Shown: positions 16,737 through 25,026 of the stretch, one piece after another
Position numbering within the stretch: the first letter of the stretch is position 1
Layout: every line of letters begins with the position of its first letter
DNA from: Candidatus Micrarchaeota archaeon
GTDB lineage: Archaea > Micrarchaeota > Micrarchaeia > Norongarragalinales > SBBD01
Reading direction: 5' to 3'
Assembly (NCBI GenBank): GCA_043806595.1
Contig: JAZDGU010000008.1
Coordinates: 1-25,026, forward strand
Length of the DNA: 25,026 nucleotides
Notes under the pieces: model-generated
Databases searched by the model: none
The model's input: only the letters and a program-made list of their open reading frames with translations
Told to the model about the DNA's origin: nothing
Translations under genes and position numbers: made by a program

Positions 16737-17597
16737 GTGGCAAACTACCGCAGGAAACTTCAGTCGGAAACCGACCTGAGGCTGGCGGCCAATTCCATCC
16801 GGCAGTCGCTCATAAGGTCGCTCGCCGAGGCAAAGAGCGGGCACTCCGCCGGGCCTCTCGGCATGGTCGAAGTCTTCACCGCCCTGTATTTCAACGTGCT
16901 CAACGGCGACCCCGGGAAACCGCTTTGGCCGGAGCGGGACAGGCTCATCCTCTCGCACGGCCACATATGCCCGGTAAGATATGCGGCGATGGCCGAGGCC
17001 GGGTATTTCCCGAAGGAGGAGCTGATGACGCTGAGGAAGCTGCACACGAGGCTGCAGGGCCACCCGCACCACCTCGACCTTCCCGGGCTGGAGAGCACGA
17101 GCGGGCCGCTCGGGCAGGGGACTTCCATCGCCGCCGGCATGGCGCTCGCGGCCAAGATGGACGAGAAGGGGCACCGCGTCGTCCTGCTGACTTCCGACGG
17201 GGAAAGCAACGAGGGCCAGCCGTGGGAGGCATACATGTTCGCCGCGAAGTACGGGCTCGACAACCTCGTCGGCGTACTCGACCGGAACTACATCCAGATC
17301 GACGGCAACACGGAGGACGTGATGCCCTTGGACCCGCTCGCGGACAAGTTCAAGGCGTTCAACTGGCACGTCATAGAGGTGGACGGGCACGACTTCAAGG
17401 CCCTTCTCGCGGCGTTCGGCGAGGCCGAGCAGACGAAAGGGAGGCCGACGATGATCCTCGCGCGCACGGTCCCGGGCAAGGGCGTGTCCTTCATGGAGAA
17501 CGACTACAGGTGGCATGGGAAGCCGCCGAACGCGGAGGAGGCGCAGAAGGCCCTCAAGGAACTGGAAGAAGAACGTAGGAGGATAAAGAGTGAATGA
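16737..17597 (+). CDS. Transketolase, N-terminal (TPP-binding) subunit
   Basis: SGHSAGPLG, RDRLILSHGH, LQGHP, SGPLGQG, SDGESNEG...DRN, DGHD, WHGK. Start GTG 16737 (or TTG 16719). Confidence 0.95.
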   Translation: MANYRRKLQSETDLRLAANSIRQSLIRSLAEAKSGHSAGPLGMVEVFTALYFNVLNGDPGKPLWPERDRLILSHGHICPVRYAAMAEAGYFPKEELMTLRKLHTRLQGHPHHLDLPGLESTSGPLGQGTSIAAGMALAAKMDEKGHRVVLLTSDGESNEGQPWEAYMFAAKYGLDNLVGVLDRNYIQIDGNTEDVMPLDPLADKFKAFNWHVIEVDGHDFKALLAAFGEAEQTKGRPTMILARTVPGKGVSFMENDYRWHGKPPNAEEAQKALKELEEERRRIKSE

Positions 17598-17679
17598 GTT
17601 TCTTCGGACGCGGTACGCGGCCGGCAATAAGGGAGGGGAGGGGCGACACGCCCGGGGAACAGTAGGTTCCCCAAGGTGT

Positions 17680-17772
17680 CGGTGGCATGGAAAACCCCCG
17701 AACGCGGAGGAGGCGCAGAAGGCGCTCAAGGAAGTCGGGGAAGAGCGCCAGAGGATAATATCCGGCAAGTGA
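17680..17772 (+). pseudogene. Orphan second copy of the last ~30 codons of the transketolase N-subunit gene
   Basis: RWHGKPPNAEEAQKALKEVGEERQRIISGK* versus RWHGKPPNAEEAQKALKELEEERRRIKSE* at 17508-17597. Confidence 0.8.
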
Positions 17773-17777
17773 TCGAC

Positions 17778-18755
17778 ATGGCGGTACCATTGCGGCAGGA
17801 CATTTTCAGCGGAAAGCCCGAGAGGGTCCCGTCGAGGGACGGCTTCGGCAAGGGGGTCGTGGAGCTCGGGGAGAAGGACAAGGACGTGGTCGTGCTGTGC
17901 TGCGACCTCGCGGAGAGCACGCGCACCAACTGGTTCCATGAGAAGTTTCCCGAGAGGTTCATCGAGGTGGGTGTCGCCGAGCAGAACATGGCAGGCGTAG
18001 CCGCAGGGCTTGCGGCGGAGGGCAAGGTCCCGTTCATCGCGTCGTACGCGGTGTTCTCGCCGGGAAGGAACTGGGACCAGCTGCGCGTCAGCGTGTGCTA
18101 TTCGGAGTCGAACGTGAAGATAGCGGGATGCCACGCCGGGATATCGGTCGGGCCCGACGGCGCGACGCACCAGGCCCTCGAGGACGTCGCCATCACGCGC
18201 GTGCTGCCCAAGATGACGGTGCTCGTGCCGTGCGACTGGCTCGAGGCCAGGAAGGCGACGGTGGCGAGCGGCAAGATTCGCGGGCCCGTATATTTCCGCT
18301 TCGGGAGGGAGAAGGTGCCGACGATAACGGTGGAGGAGACGCCGTTCGCGGTCGGGAGGGCGGAGACGTTTTACGACGGCGGCGACGTGACGATTGTGGC
18401 CAACGGGCTGATGACCTACGAGGCGCTCGTTGCGGCCAAGGAGTTGGGGAAGGAGGGAATTTCGGCAAGGGTGATCAACCTGCACACGGTCAAGCCCATC
18501 GACCGCGGAGCGCTCGGGAAGGCCGCGAGGGAGACCGGCGCGGTGGTGACCGCCGAGGAGCACCAAATTGCCGGGGGCACGGGGAGCGCGGTCGCGGAGG
18601 TGCTCGCCGAGGAATACCCGGTGCCGATGCGCTTCATCGGCATGCGCGACCGCTTCGGGGAGAGCGGCAACCCCGACGATTTGCTGCGGGAATTCGGGCT
18701 GACGAGCAGGGAGGTCGCGCAGGCGGCAAGGGACGTGGTGAAACTTAAGAAGTAG
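17778..18755 (+). CDS. Transketolase, C-terminal subunit
   Basis: RDGFG, DLAEST, FIEVGVAEQNM, GPDGATHQALED, GPVYFR, TVKPID, EEHQIAGG, DRFGESG; ATG at 17778. Confidence 0.95.
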   Translation: MAVPLRQDIFSGKPERVPSRDGFGKGVVELGEKDKDVVVLCCDLAESTRTNWFHEKFPERFIEVGVAEQNMAGVAAGLAAEGKVPFIASYAVFSPGRNWDQLRVSVCYSESNVKIAGCHAGISVGPDGATHQALEDVAITRVLPKMTVLVPCDWLEARKATVASGKIRGPVYFRFGREKVPTITVEETPFAVGRAETFYDGGDVTIVANGLMTYEALVAAKELGKEGISARVINLHTVKPIDRGALGKAARETGAVVTAEEHQIAGGTGSAVAEVLAEEYPVPMRFIGMRDRFGESGNPDDLLREFGLTSREVAQAARDVVKLKK

Positions 18756-18767
18756 GTGCATTTTCTG

Positions 18768-19754
18768 ATGAAGCCGAAGATATTCGTCACGAGGGGCATT
18801 CCCGGCAGGGCAATCGACAAACTGAAGAGGAGATTCGACGTCGATGTGCGCGGCGAGGAGAGCGTGATAGAGAAGGAGGAGCTTCTCCGGAGGGTGAAGG
18901 GCAAGGACGGCCTGCTCTGCATACTGACGGACCCCGTGGACGGAGAGGTCATGGACGCGGCAGGCAAGCAGCTGAAAATCATCTCCAACTACGGCGCTGG
19001 CTACGACAAGATAGACGTCCCTGCGGCCACGCAGCGCGGGATACTGGTGACGAACACCCCGGGGGCGCTGACGGAGACGACGGCGGACCTGACCGTCGGT
19101 CTGCTGATTGCGGCGGCGCGGCGCATCGTCGAGGGCGACAAGTACATGCGCCAGTGCCAGTACGAGGGATGGGGTCCTTCCTTCTTCCTCGGACAGGAGG
19201 TCAGCGGGACGACGCTCGGGATAATCGGCATGGGGCGCATCGGCCGTGCGGTGTCGAGGCGCATGAACAAGGGCTTCGGCATGAGGATAATCTACAACGA
19301 CAAGACGGGCGCGAGCGCCGAGGCGGACGAGGAATTCGGGGCCAAACACGTCCCGCTCGATGAGCTGCTGAAGGAGAGCGACTTCATTTCCATCCACACC
19401 CCGCTGAACTCCGAGACCTCGAGGATGATCGGCGATCGCGAATTCGCGCTCATGAAGCCCGCGGCAGTGCTCGTTAACACGTCGAGGGGCAACGTCATCG
19501 ACCAGGGCGCGCTGGCGAAGGCGCTGAAGCAGAAACGCATCTGGGCGGCCGCGCTCGACGTCTACGAGGACGAGCCCAGGTGCCCCGTCGAGCTCATCCC
19601 CGTGCAGAACGTCATAATCATCCCGCACATCGGGAGCGCCTCGGAGGAGACCCGGGCGCGCATGTCGCAGATGGCGGTGGACGCGCTTGCCGACTTTTTC
19701 GACGGAAAGGCGCCCAAGAATTCCGTCAACGGGGAAGTGCTGGGAAGGAAGTGA
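18768..19754 (+). CDS. D-glycerate dehydrogenase / glyoxylate reductase (D-2-hydroxyacid dehydrogenase)
   Basis: GAGYDKID, TNTPG, GIIGMGRIG, NTSRG, LDVYEDEP, PHIGSAS. Confidence 0.93.
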   Translation: MKPKIFVTRGIPGRAIDKLKRRFDVDVRGEESVIEKEELLRRVKGKDGLLCILTDPVDGEVMDAAGKQLKIISNYGAGYDKIDVPAATQRGILVTNTPGALTETTADLTVGLLIAAARRIVEGDKYMRQCQYEGWGPSFFLGQEVSGTTLGIIGMGRIGRAVSRRMNKGFGMRIIYNDKTGASAEADEEFGAKHVPLDELLKESDFISIHTPLNSETSRMIGDREFALMKPAAVLVNTSRGNVIDQGALAKALKQKRIWAAALDVYEDEPRCPVELIPVQNVIIIPHIGSASEETRARMSQMAVDALADFFDGKAPKNSVNGEVLGRK

Positions 19755-19772
19755 AAGAAACGGTTCTGGCGT

Positions 19773-21284
19773 TCACGCCGAGCCTTGGGTGTCCTGCCCT
19801 GAGCCGGAAGAGTCCCCCGATTTCCGCACGCCGCTGCCGTCGTCCTGCACTTTCCGCACGGGCGGCAGCGATATCGGCGGGTGGTCGGAGAGCACGGCCT
19901 CGTGCTCCTCGTGCCGGGGCTCCGGCGTTTGCGGCGGCGCGGACGGCTTGGGGGGGACAAACCTCTTCTCGAAGCTTTCGGGCGTCAGCGGCGGCATTAA
20001 CACGGACGGCTTCTTGCCCCCCTGCGTCTCGCGCGCCTTCTCCTCGCGCCTCCTCTTGCGGACGACGAGCAGCACTATTGCGGCGACGAGGAGCACGAGG
20101 AACCCGACGCCGATGTAGATATAGTACATTGACTTGCTCGCGCGCGTCTTCGCAACGAGGGCCTGCACCTTGGCCCGGGCCTCGTCGAGGAGCTTCTGGG
20201 CCTCCGCAAAACGGCCCTGCCTCCGGAGCTCTTCGGACTGGTTCAGCAGAATATCCACTTCGGACGTGTTCTCCCCGCTGCCGCGGAGCTCGTCGGTGTA
20301 GTTGAGGATGTCGGAGGCGTTGAGCGTCGGGACGGGAGTCGGGGTGGCGGAGGCGTTTGCCTCCTCGGTCGGGTAAGGCGTCGCAGACGGAGTCGGCTCT
20401 ATGACGGGCACGCACAGGTTGTCCTTGCAGTAGTAGCCCGCGCCGCAGGATGGGTTGTCGTAGACGCACCCCGGCGGGTAGCCGGAGGATACGAGCAGCG
20501 AAAGCACGCGCACGTTGTTCGCCTCGGATGACTCGTTCTGGGAACGGTCGGTGATGACCGTGCCGGTGACCTCGTGCGCGCCGGCGATGGCGAAGGAGGT
20601 CCTGGCGTCCTCAATGGTTACCGTGACCGAGGAATTGCGGGGCACCGGCGGGACATTGACCTCGGCGAATTCGTGGCTGAGGTTGGATCCTGTGATCTTG
20701 GCCCTGAAGACGATTTCGCCGCGGAAGTCGCCGCTGCCCGTGTTGTTGATGGTGACGTTGTCGAGGGAGAATGAATCGTAGAGGAAGCACTGGGTGCGGG
20801 GGACGTTCGTACGGTCGAAGCACCTGTAGCCGTAGGCGGTGACCACCAGGTCAGACTGGTCGAACACCCGCTCGGAAACGGAGTATATGGCAGTGGCCGT
20901 TGTGAGAAGTGGGGTGCCGAGGAGCGTGGAGCCGTTCACCTTGAAGGTTATCGTGTAGTTGCCGTCCGAGGCGTTGTTGATGCTTGAGAAGGAGCAGGTG
21001 AAGTTGCTCGAGCCGTTCTGGGGGCGCACTGGAATTATGACGGGATAGACGTCGGGGCTGAACTTCCTGAGCCCGACCGGGAGGGTGACGTTGACGTAGA
21101 AGGAGTCGGGACAGACGACAAGCCGGTTGGGGTTGGTGATGTTGAGGACGTAAGTGCGGACCGTGCCGGCCCGGCCGACGGTGACGTTCGGGATGACCGT
21201 GACGTTCGGCGGCGCGTCGCAGACTTCGGCGAATACGGAGAGCGCGAGAAGCGCAAGCAGGAGAATCGGAAGGCGCAGGTTCAT
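19773..21284 (-). CDS. Single-pass membrane surface glycoprotein (Ig/CARDB-like domains, Cys-rich motif, Pro/Thr linker, TM, cytoplasmic tail)
   Basis: Signal MNLRLPILLLALLALSVFA, NVTINNTG...ESSEANN (CARDB-like), CVYDNPSCGAGYYCKDNLC, TM YIYIGVGFLVLLVAAIVLLVV-RKRRR; likely ATG at 21284. Confidence 0.8.
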   Translation of the reverse strand: MNLRLPILLLALLALSVFAEVCDAPPNVTVIPNVTVGRAGTVRTYVLNITNPNRLVVCPDSFYVNVTLPVGLRKFSPDVYPVIIPVRPQNGSSNFTCSFSSINNASDGNYTITFKVNGSTLLGTPLLTTATAIYSVSERVFDQSDLVVTAYGYRCFDRTNVPRTQCFLYDSFSLDNVTINNTGSGDFRGEIVFRAKITGSNLSHEFAEVNVPPVPRNSSVTVTIEDARTSFAIAGAHEVTGTVITDRSQNESSEANNVRVLSLLVSSGYPPGCVYDNPSCGAGYYCKDNLCVPVIEPTPSATPYPTEEANASATPTPVPTLNASDILNYTDELRGSGENTSEVDILLNQSEELRRQGRFAEAQKLLDEARAKVQALVAKTRASKSMYYIYIGVGFLVLLVAAIVLLVVRKRRREEKARETQGGKKPSVLMPPLTPESFEKRFVPPKPSAPPQTPEPRHEEHEAVLSDHPPISLPPVRKVQDDGSGVRKSGDSSGSGQDTQGSA

Positions 21285-21406
21285 GGGGGAAAGCATGCAG
21301 GCAGGCAATAAAAACGTTGCGAGGAGAAACGCCGGTTTTGGGAAAGAGTTATATACTAGTAAATATTGATGAAACGCGTGTTCCCACCGAAAAAAGGTGT
21401 CCGCCA

Positions 21407-24400
21407 ATGACTTCCGATAAGAGCAGAGTGTCAGCTGTAGCGCTCATCGCGTTTGCCGCGCTCGCATGCGCGTCAGACGGCAATTTCCTGGACGCAAACG
21501 CGCCCTCCTTCACATCCCCGGGAGGGACGGTCTATGTCTATGCCGCCGTGGCCAATTCAAGCAACGCAATCCAGTACCTCGAGGGCTACAACGTCTCCGC
21601 GAGCCTCAACACCTCCAACATGACGAACACGACGAATTCCTCGTCTCCGCAGGTTCTCGAGCTGGCGGTGCCGGCGTCGCTCTACGGCGAATACAACATC
21701 ACCGTGACGGACAACTCCACCGAGAACCAGACGAAGGTCCTGCCGCTTTACGTCACTAACGTCTCGAACGCCTCGTTCGCGTTCATCGACCGCTTCCCGC
21801 CGTATTCCGCGGGCGCGAACTTCACAATAAACGTCACGCTGAGGCACGTCAACGGCTCGCTCATGCCCGCAGGCTTCAACCTCGGCCTCCTGTCGATAAA
21901 GGTGTTCTCCGCGAACGGAAACGACACCGGATGGACCGTGGCCAACCTTTCCGGCGTCGACTCCGCGGGCACCGCGCGATACAGGATAGTAGTGCCATCG
22001 AACAGGGACGGGCAGTTCGCGCTCGTCGTCGACAAGGGAGCAGGCTTCCTCGTGTTCATGGTGAAGTCGGGCTATACCATGGCCGTCAGCCCGCAGGATT
22101 CGAACGGCGACTCGAACGTGCAGTACGCGCCCGGCCAGGCGGCGTCCGTGCTGGCCAAGATACGCGGCAGCACCGGCGGACCGGTCACGAGCGGAGTGAC
22201 GGCAACCGCGTTCGTGACGCTCCCAAACGGCACGGTCAGGAATTTCTCGCTTACGCAGTCGAACTCGACGGCGTTCCCCGGGTTCTACAACGGCAGCTTC
22301 GGGACGCTCAACTCCTCGCTCACCGGGCAGTATGACGTGAGGGTGGAGGCGACCGTGGGGACGCAGGTGCTCGAGGGCTACACGCGGTTCACCTCGCAGA
22401 CCTTCAGCGCAAGGTTCCAGGAAAAGACCGGGTTCTTCGAGGACTGGGGCGGCAAGAGGGCTATTATGCCCGGCAGCGGCGCGGAGTTCGACCTCATCGC
22501 GACCAACCTCACCGACGGCGCCGTGATTGCCGGGGGCATGGACGCGGACAACAGCACGAACGTCAACTGCTCGCAGCTCGAGAACGTCACGATATACTGG
22601 GCGCAGAACCACAGAGCCTACGGCGACGCGGAAACCAATTACTCCGAGGGCACTTTCGAGGGCACTTCAGTGTGCAGGGCGAGGTTCCTTACCCCGTCGT
22701 TGAGCGGTCCGTGGATGTTCGCGGTCAACGCCAGCATCGGCGGCAGCAACGCCACCGCCGGCGGGTTCCTGCAAACGCAGAACTACTTCCTCAAGGTCAG
22801 GCCCGTGCAGGCGTTCGGGGGAGACGAGTCGTTCATGGCATTCATGCCGGACACGAACGTGACCTTCGACTTGAGCGCGTTCAACCTGCAGGCCAGATCG
22901 GTCGTCAACGGCACGAACATCACCGCCGCTTCCGTCAAGCGCGTGCGCGCGCTCACGTTCGGGTCGGGGGTGAGCGACGAGACCAGCGTCCAGTACTGGA
23001 TTTCCAACGGGACGCAGCCGCAGGTGACGGTCACCCTGCCTTCCGATACCACGGGGCCGATCATAATCGAGGTCGAGGCCAACGTCACGAACAGCACGAG
23101 CGAGAACGTCACGGGCAGCGCGATGGTGCTCGCGAAGTACGTCGACGGGTTCCTCGGGCCGAACAACCAGGGAGACGGGCCGCCCGTGGCGAAGTGCACG
23201 GGCACGCAGGAGTTCTCGGGCATGGTCAAGGACATCCGAACCAACCAGAACGCGCAGGGCGTGACGCTCAACGGCGTAAGCGAGCTCCGCGAGGAGTTCT
23301 CCGGCAGGGACCTCGGCGGATGCGTGAACTCGAGCTCGGCCTCGAGCTCTAGCAGCTCGGAAGAGAACCTGGCGTTCAACGTGACGTTCGCCTCCAACTC
23401 GTCATGCGGCTTCTCCGGCGGTTATTTCATGATAATGAACGTGACGTACCAGGGCAAGACCGACTTCCTGCCCGCGGGATTTCTGTGCAAGCAGCTGCGC
23501 GCGAGGGTTTCCACGTACATCGGCGATGACCAGGCGTTCCAGATAGCACCGCAGGACAACTTCACCATCAACGTCTCCAACATCAGGACGCTCGCCGGCC
23601 AAGACGTCGACTCCGGGAGCTTCTCCATCATGGAGATAATGAACTTCAACCCGTCGAGCGGGATGAGGCGCATCGAGGTCACCGGCGGCACCGACCTGAC
23701 GAATACGACCATAGCGTCAGGGTCCGGGGCGTTCAACCTCACGCCTGCCAATTTCTCCGTCGGCGGCGTCCCGCTGGCGCGGTGGCCGTCCGGATTCCTC
23801 GACATCAGGCTGAGGATCTGCGGCGGAGGCCAGTGCGACGAGGACTTCAACGGCGTTCAGATAGTCGACTTCATGGCATGGCCGAACTTCCAGGGCAACG
23901 CGCAGTTCTACCCCGGCCAGAGCGTGACCGTGGACATCTACGCGTTCACCAACGTGTCGTCGAACGAGACCGGTTTCTCCGTCAAGCTAGGCAAGCCGTG
24001 GGAAGGCCAGGCCATCCCCGTGCAGCTCGACGCCGCATTCATGATTGATGACAACTGGAACACGTCAGGAGACCAGGGGTATGAGAAGTGGAACGTGACG
24101 TTCAGCATACCAGCGGACGCGCCCAAAGGGTTCCAGCCAGCCATCATCACAGTCAACAGCTCCGCCCACAACGCGACGATGGAGCTGTTCGTTCCCCTGC
24201 GGATAACCAAGTACCAGGTCATGCTTCCGAGCGAGGAGGGCGTGCAAATCTACAGCGACAACATGATGATGCGCAACAGCACCGAAATCAACGATACCGG
24301 CTTCTTCCGGGTGGAGGACGACGGCGTCTACGACGGCGACGGGAACTACGTCGCGAACAGCACCAGCGGACGCTACTGCATGCTGTACAGCGGGTTCAAC

Positions 24401-25026
24401 ACCACGCGGTTCGGAATGCAGCAGACGACCGTCGAGTACAACCAGAGCTGGCGCGTGCTCCTCGTCGACAACAGCACCCCCATGGTGTACGACACCGTGC
24501 TGTTCAACGAGAGCGCAATCGGCAACGGCAGGATATCGTTCGCCAACCAGACCGGCACCTCGTACCGCAACATCACCACGAACAACAGCGGGCTGCAGCT
24601 GTGGAGCATCTTCGACTGCGCGTTCTTCACGATTGCGAACACCACCGCGGTGACGGACGCGTTCAACAACTGGGGAGGCTCGCACGAGGTCGACGTGTCG
24701 TTCCTCATCCCGTACCTGGTCAAGCAGGCGGGAGTGGCTCAGGAGGGAGCGCGCCTGGGCGTCAAGGCAATCATCAAGCAGGTGCAGACCGGCGACGGCC
24801 AGGGAGGCGCGCAAGGGTTCGAGGAGGCCTTCACCGAGGGAGCGGACTACGAGGTCAACTCCGAGGCCGTGACCGACGGCAACGGCTTCGGATTCATCAA
24901 CATCACCGTGCGCAAGACCGGGCCGCTCATGCTTTTCTGGAACCTTTCCCTGCAAGGCGGCGACACCGACACCGCGGGATTCGACAGCGGGACGTTCCTC
25001 GAGGTCCGCAACTTCGACACCTACGG
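21407..25026 (+). CDS. Very large secreted/surface glycoprotein (partial, >1200 aa)
   Basis: ATG 21407: MTSDKSRVSAVALIAFAALACASDGNFLDANAPSF...; same frame still reads ...DTAGFDSGTFLEVRNFDTY at the window end; no closed ORF in this frame in the track; dense N-x-S/T sequons, beta-rich. Confidence 0.85.
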   Translation, partial: MTSDKSRVSAVALIAFAALACASDGNFLDANAPSFTSPGGTVYVYAAVANSSNAIQYLEGYNVSASLNTSNMTNTTNSSSPQVLELAVPASLYGEYNITVTDNSTENQTKVLPLYVTNVSNASFAFIDRFPPYSAGANFTINVTLRHVNGSLMPAGFNLGLLSIKVFSANGNDTGWTVANLSGVDSAGTARYRIVVPSNRDGQFALVVDKGAGFLVFMVKSGYTMAVSPQDSNGDSNVQYAPGQAASVLAKIRGSTGGPVTSGVTATAFVTLPNGTVRNFSLTQSNSTAFPGFYNGSFGTLNSSLTGQYDVRVEATVGTQVLEGYTRFTSQTFSARFQEKTGFFEDWGGKRAIMPGSGAEFDLIATNLTDGAVIAGGMDADNSTNVNCSQLENVTIYWAQNHRAYGDAETNYSEGTFEGTSVCRARFLTPSLSGPWMFAVNASIGGSNATAGGFLQTQNYFLKVRPVQAFGGDESFMAFMPDTNVTFDLSAFNLQARSVVNGTNITAASVKRVRALTFGSGVSDETSVQYWISNGTQPQVTVTLPSDTTGPIIIEVEANVTNSTSENVTGSAMVLAKYVDGFLGPNNQGDGPPVAKCTGTQEFSGMVKDIRTNQNAQGVTLNGVSELREEFSGRDLGGCVNSSSASSSSSSEENLAFNVTFASNSSCGFSGGYFMIMNVTYQGKTDFLPAGFLCKQLRARVSTYIGDDQAFQIAPQDNFTINVSNIRTLAGQDVDSGSFSIMEIMNFNPSSGMRRIEVTGGTDLTNTTIASGSGAFNLTPANFSVGGVPLARWPSGFLDIRLRICGGGQCDEDFNGVQIVDFMAWPNFQGNAQFYPGQSVTVDIYAFTNVSSNETGFSVKLGKPWEGQAIPVQLDAAFMIDDNWNTSGDQGYEKWNVTFSIPADAPKGFQPAIITVNSSAHNATMELFVPLRITKYQVMLPSEEGVQIYSDNMMMRNSTEINDTGFFRVEDDGVYDGDGNYVANSTSGRYCMLYSGFNTTRFGMQQTTVEYNQSWRVLLVDNSTPMVYDTVLFNESAIGNGRISFANQTGTSYRNITTNNSGLQLWSIFDCAFFTIANTTAVTDAFNNWGGSHEVDVSFLIPYLVKQAGVAQEGARLGVKAIIKQVQTGDGQGGAQGFEEAFTEGADYEVNSEAVTDGNGFGFINITVRKTGPLMLFWNLSLQGGDTDTAGFDSGTFLEVRNFDTY

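Noticed and set aside
17676..17777. N-terminal extension of the transketolase C-subunit ORF
   Set aside because: Out-of-frame reading of the duplicated fragment; ATG 17778 preceded by GTGA is the better start.
16134..19628. 1164-aa minus-strand ORF
   Set aside because: Antisense shadow of the GC3-rich transketolase and dehydrogenase genes; Arg/His/Leu-rich, no motifs.
21557..24955. Multiple minus-strand and alternate-frame ORFs
   Set aside because: Shadows of the single large plus-strand ORF starting at 21407.
1..25026. tRNA, rRNA, IS or prophage
   Set aside because: No cloverleaf, rRNA motif, transposase, integrase or capsid gene recognised by eye; tRNAscan-SE and Infernal were not run.

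Overview
GC-rich archaeal chromosomal segment. A DPANN/Micrarchaeota-like origin is inferred from gene content (many class III signal-peptide genes, L7Ae-S28e-L24e, NAC, TATA-type promoters); I cannot confirm the taxon. From left to right: a transglutaminase-fold gene lacking the catalytic Cys; a hicB-hicA pair; an endonuclease Q (PHP family) gene interrupted by a ~406-aa low-GC LAGLIDADG intein; a type IV pilin locus (six class III signal-peptide genes plus an EppA-like prepilin peptidase) split by a toxin-first AbiEii/AbiEi module; rtcA; NAC; vapBC; L7Ae/S28e/L24e with a K-turn in the L7Ae leader and shared Lys/Glu/Pro/Ala tails; a TRAM protein; a PLP aminotransferase; an FGE-sulfatase-domain lipoprotein; a split transketolase with a duplicated 3' end; a 2-hydroxyacid dehydrogenase; and two divergent surface proteins, one of them >1200 aa, running off the window and missing from the ORF track. 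Best leads: the intein next to the EndoQ PAH His, a compositionally mosaic pilin with G-quadruplex-like tracts upstream of pilin promoters, and the transketolase 3'-end replacement scar. All family calls come from motif recognition by eye; no searches were run.
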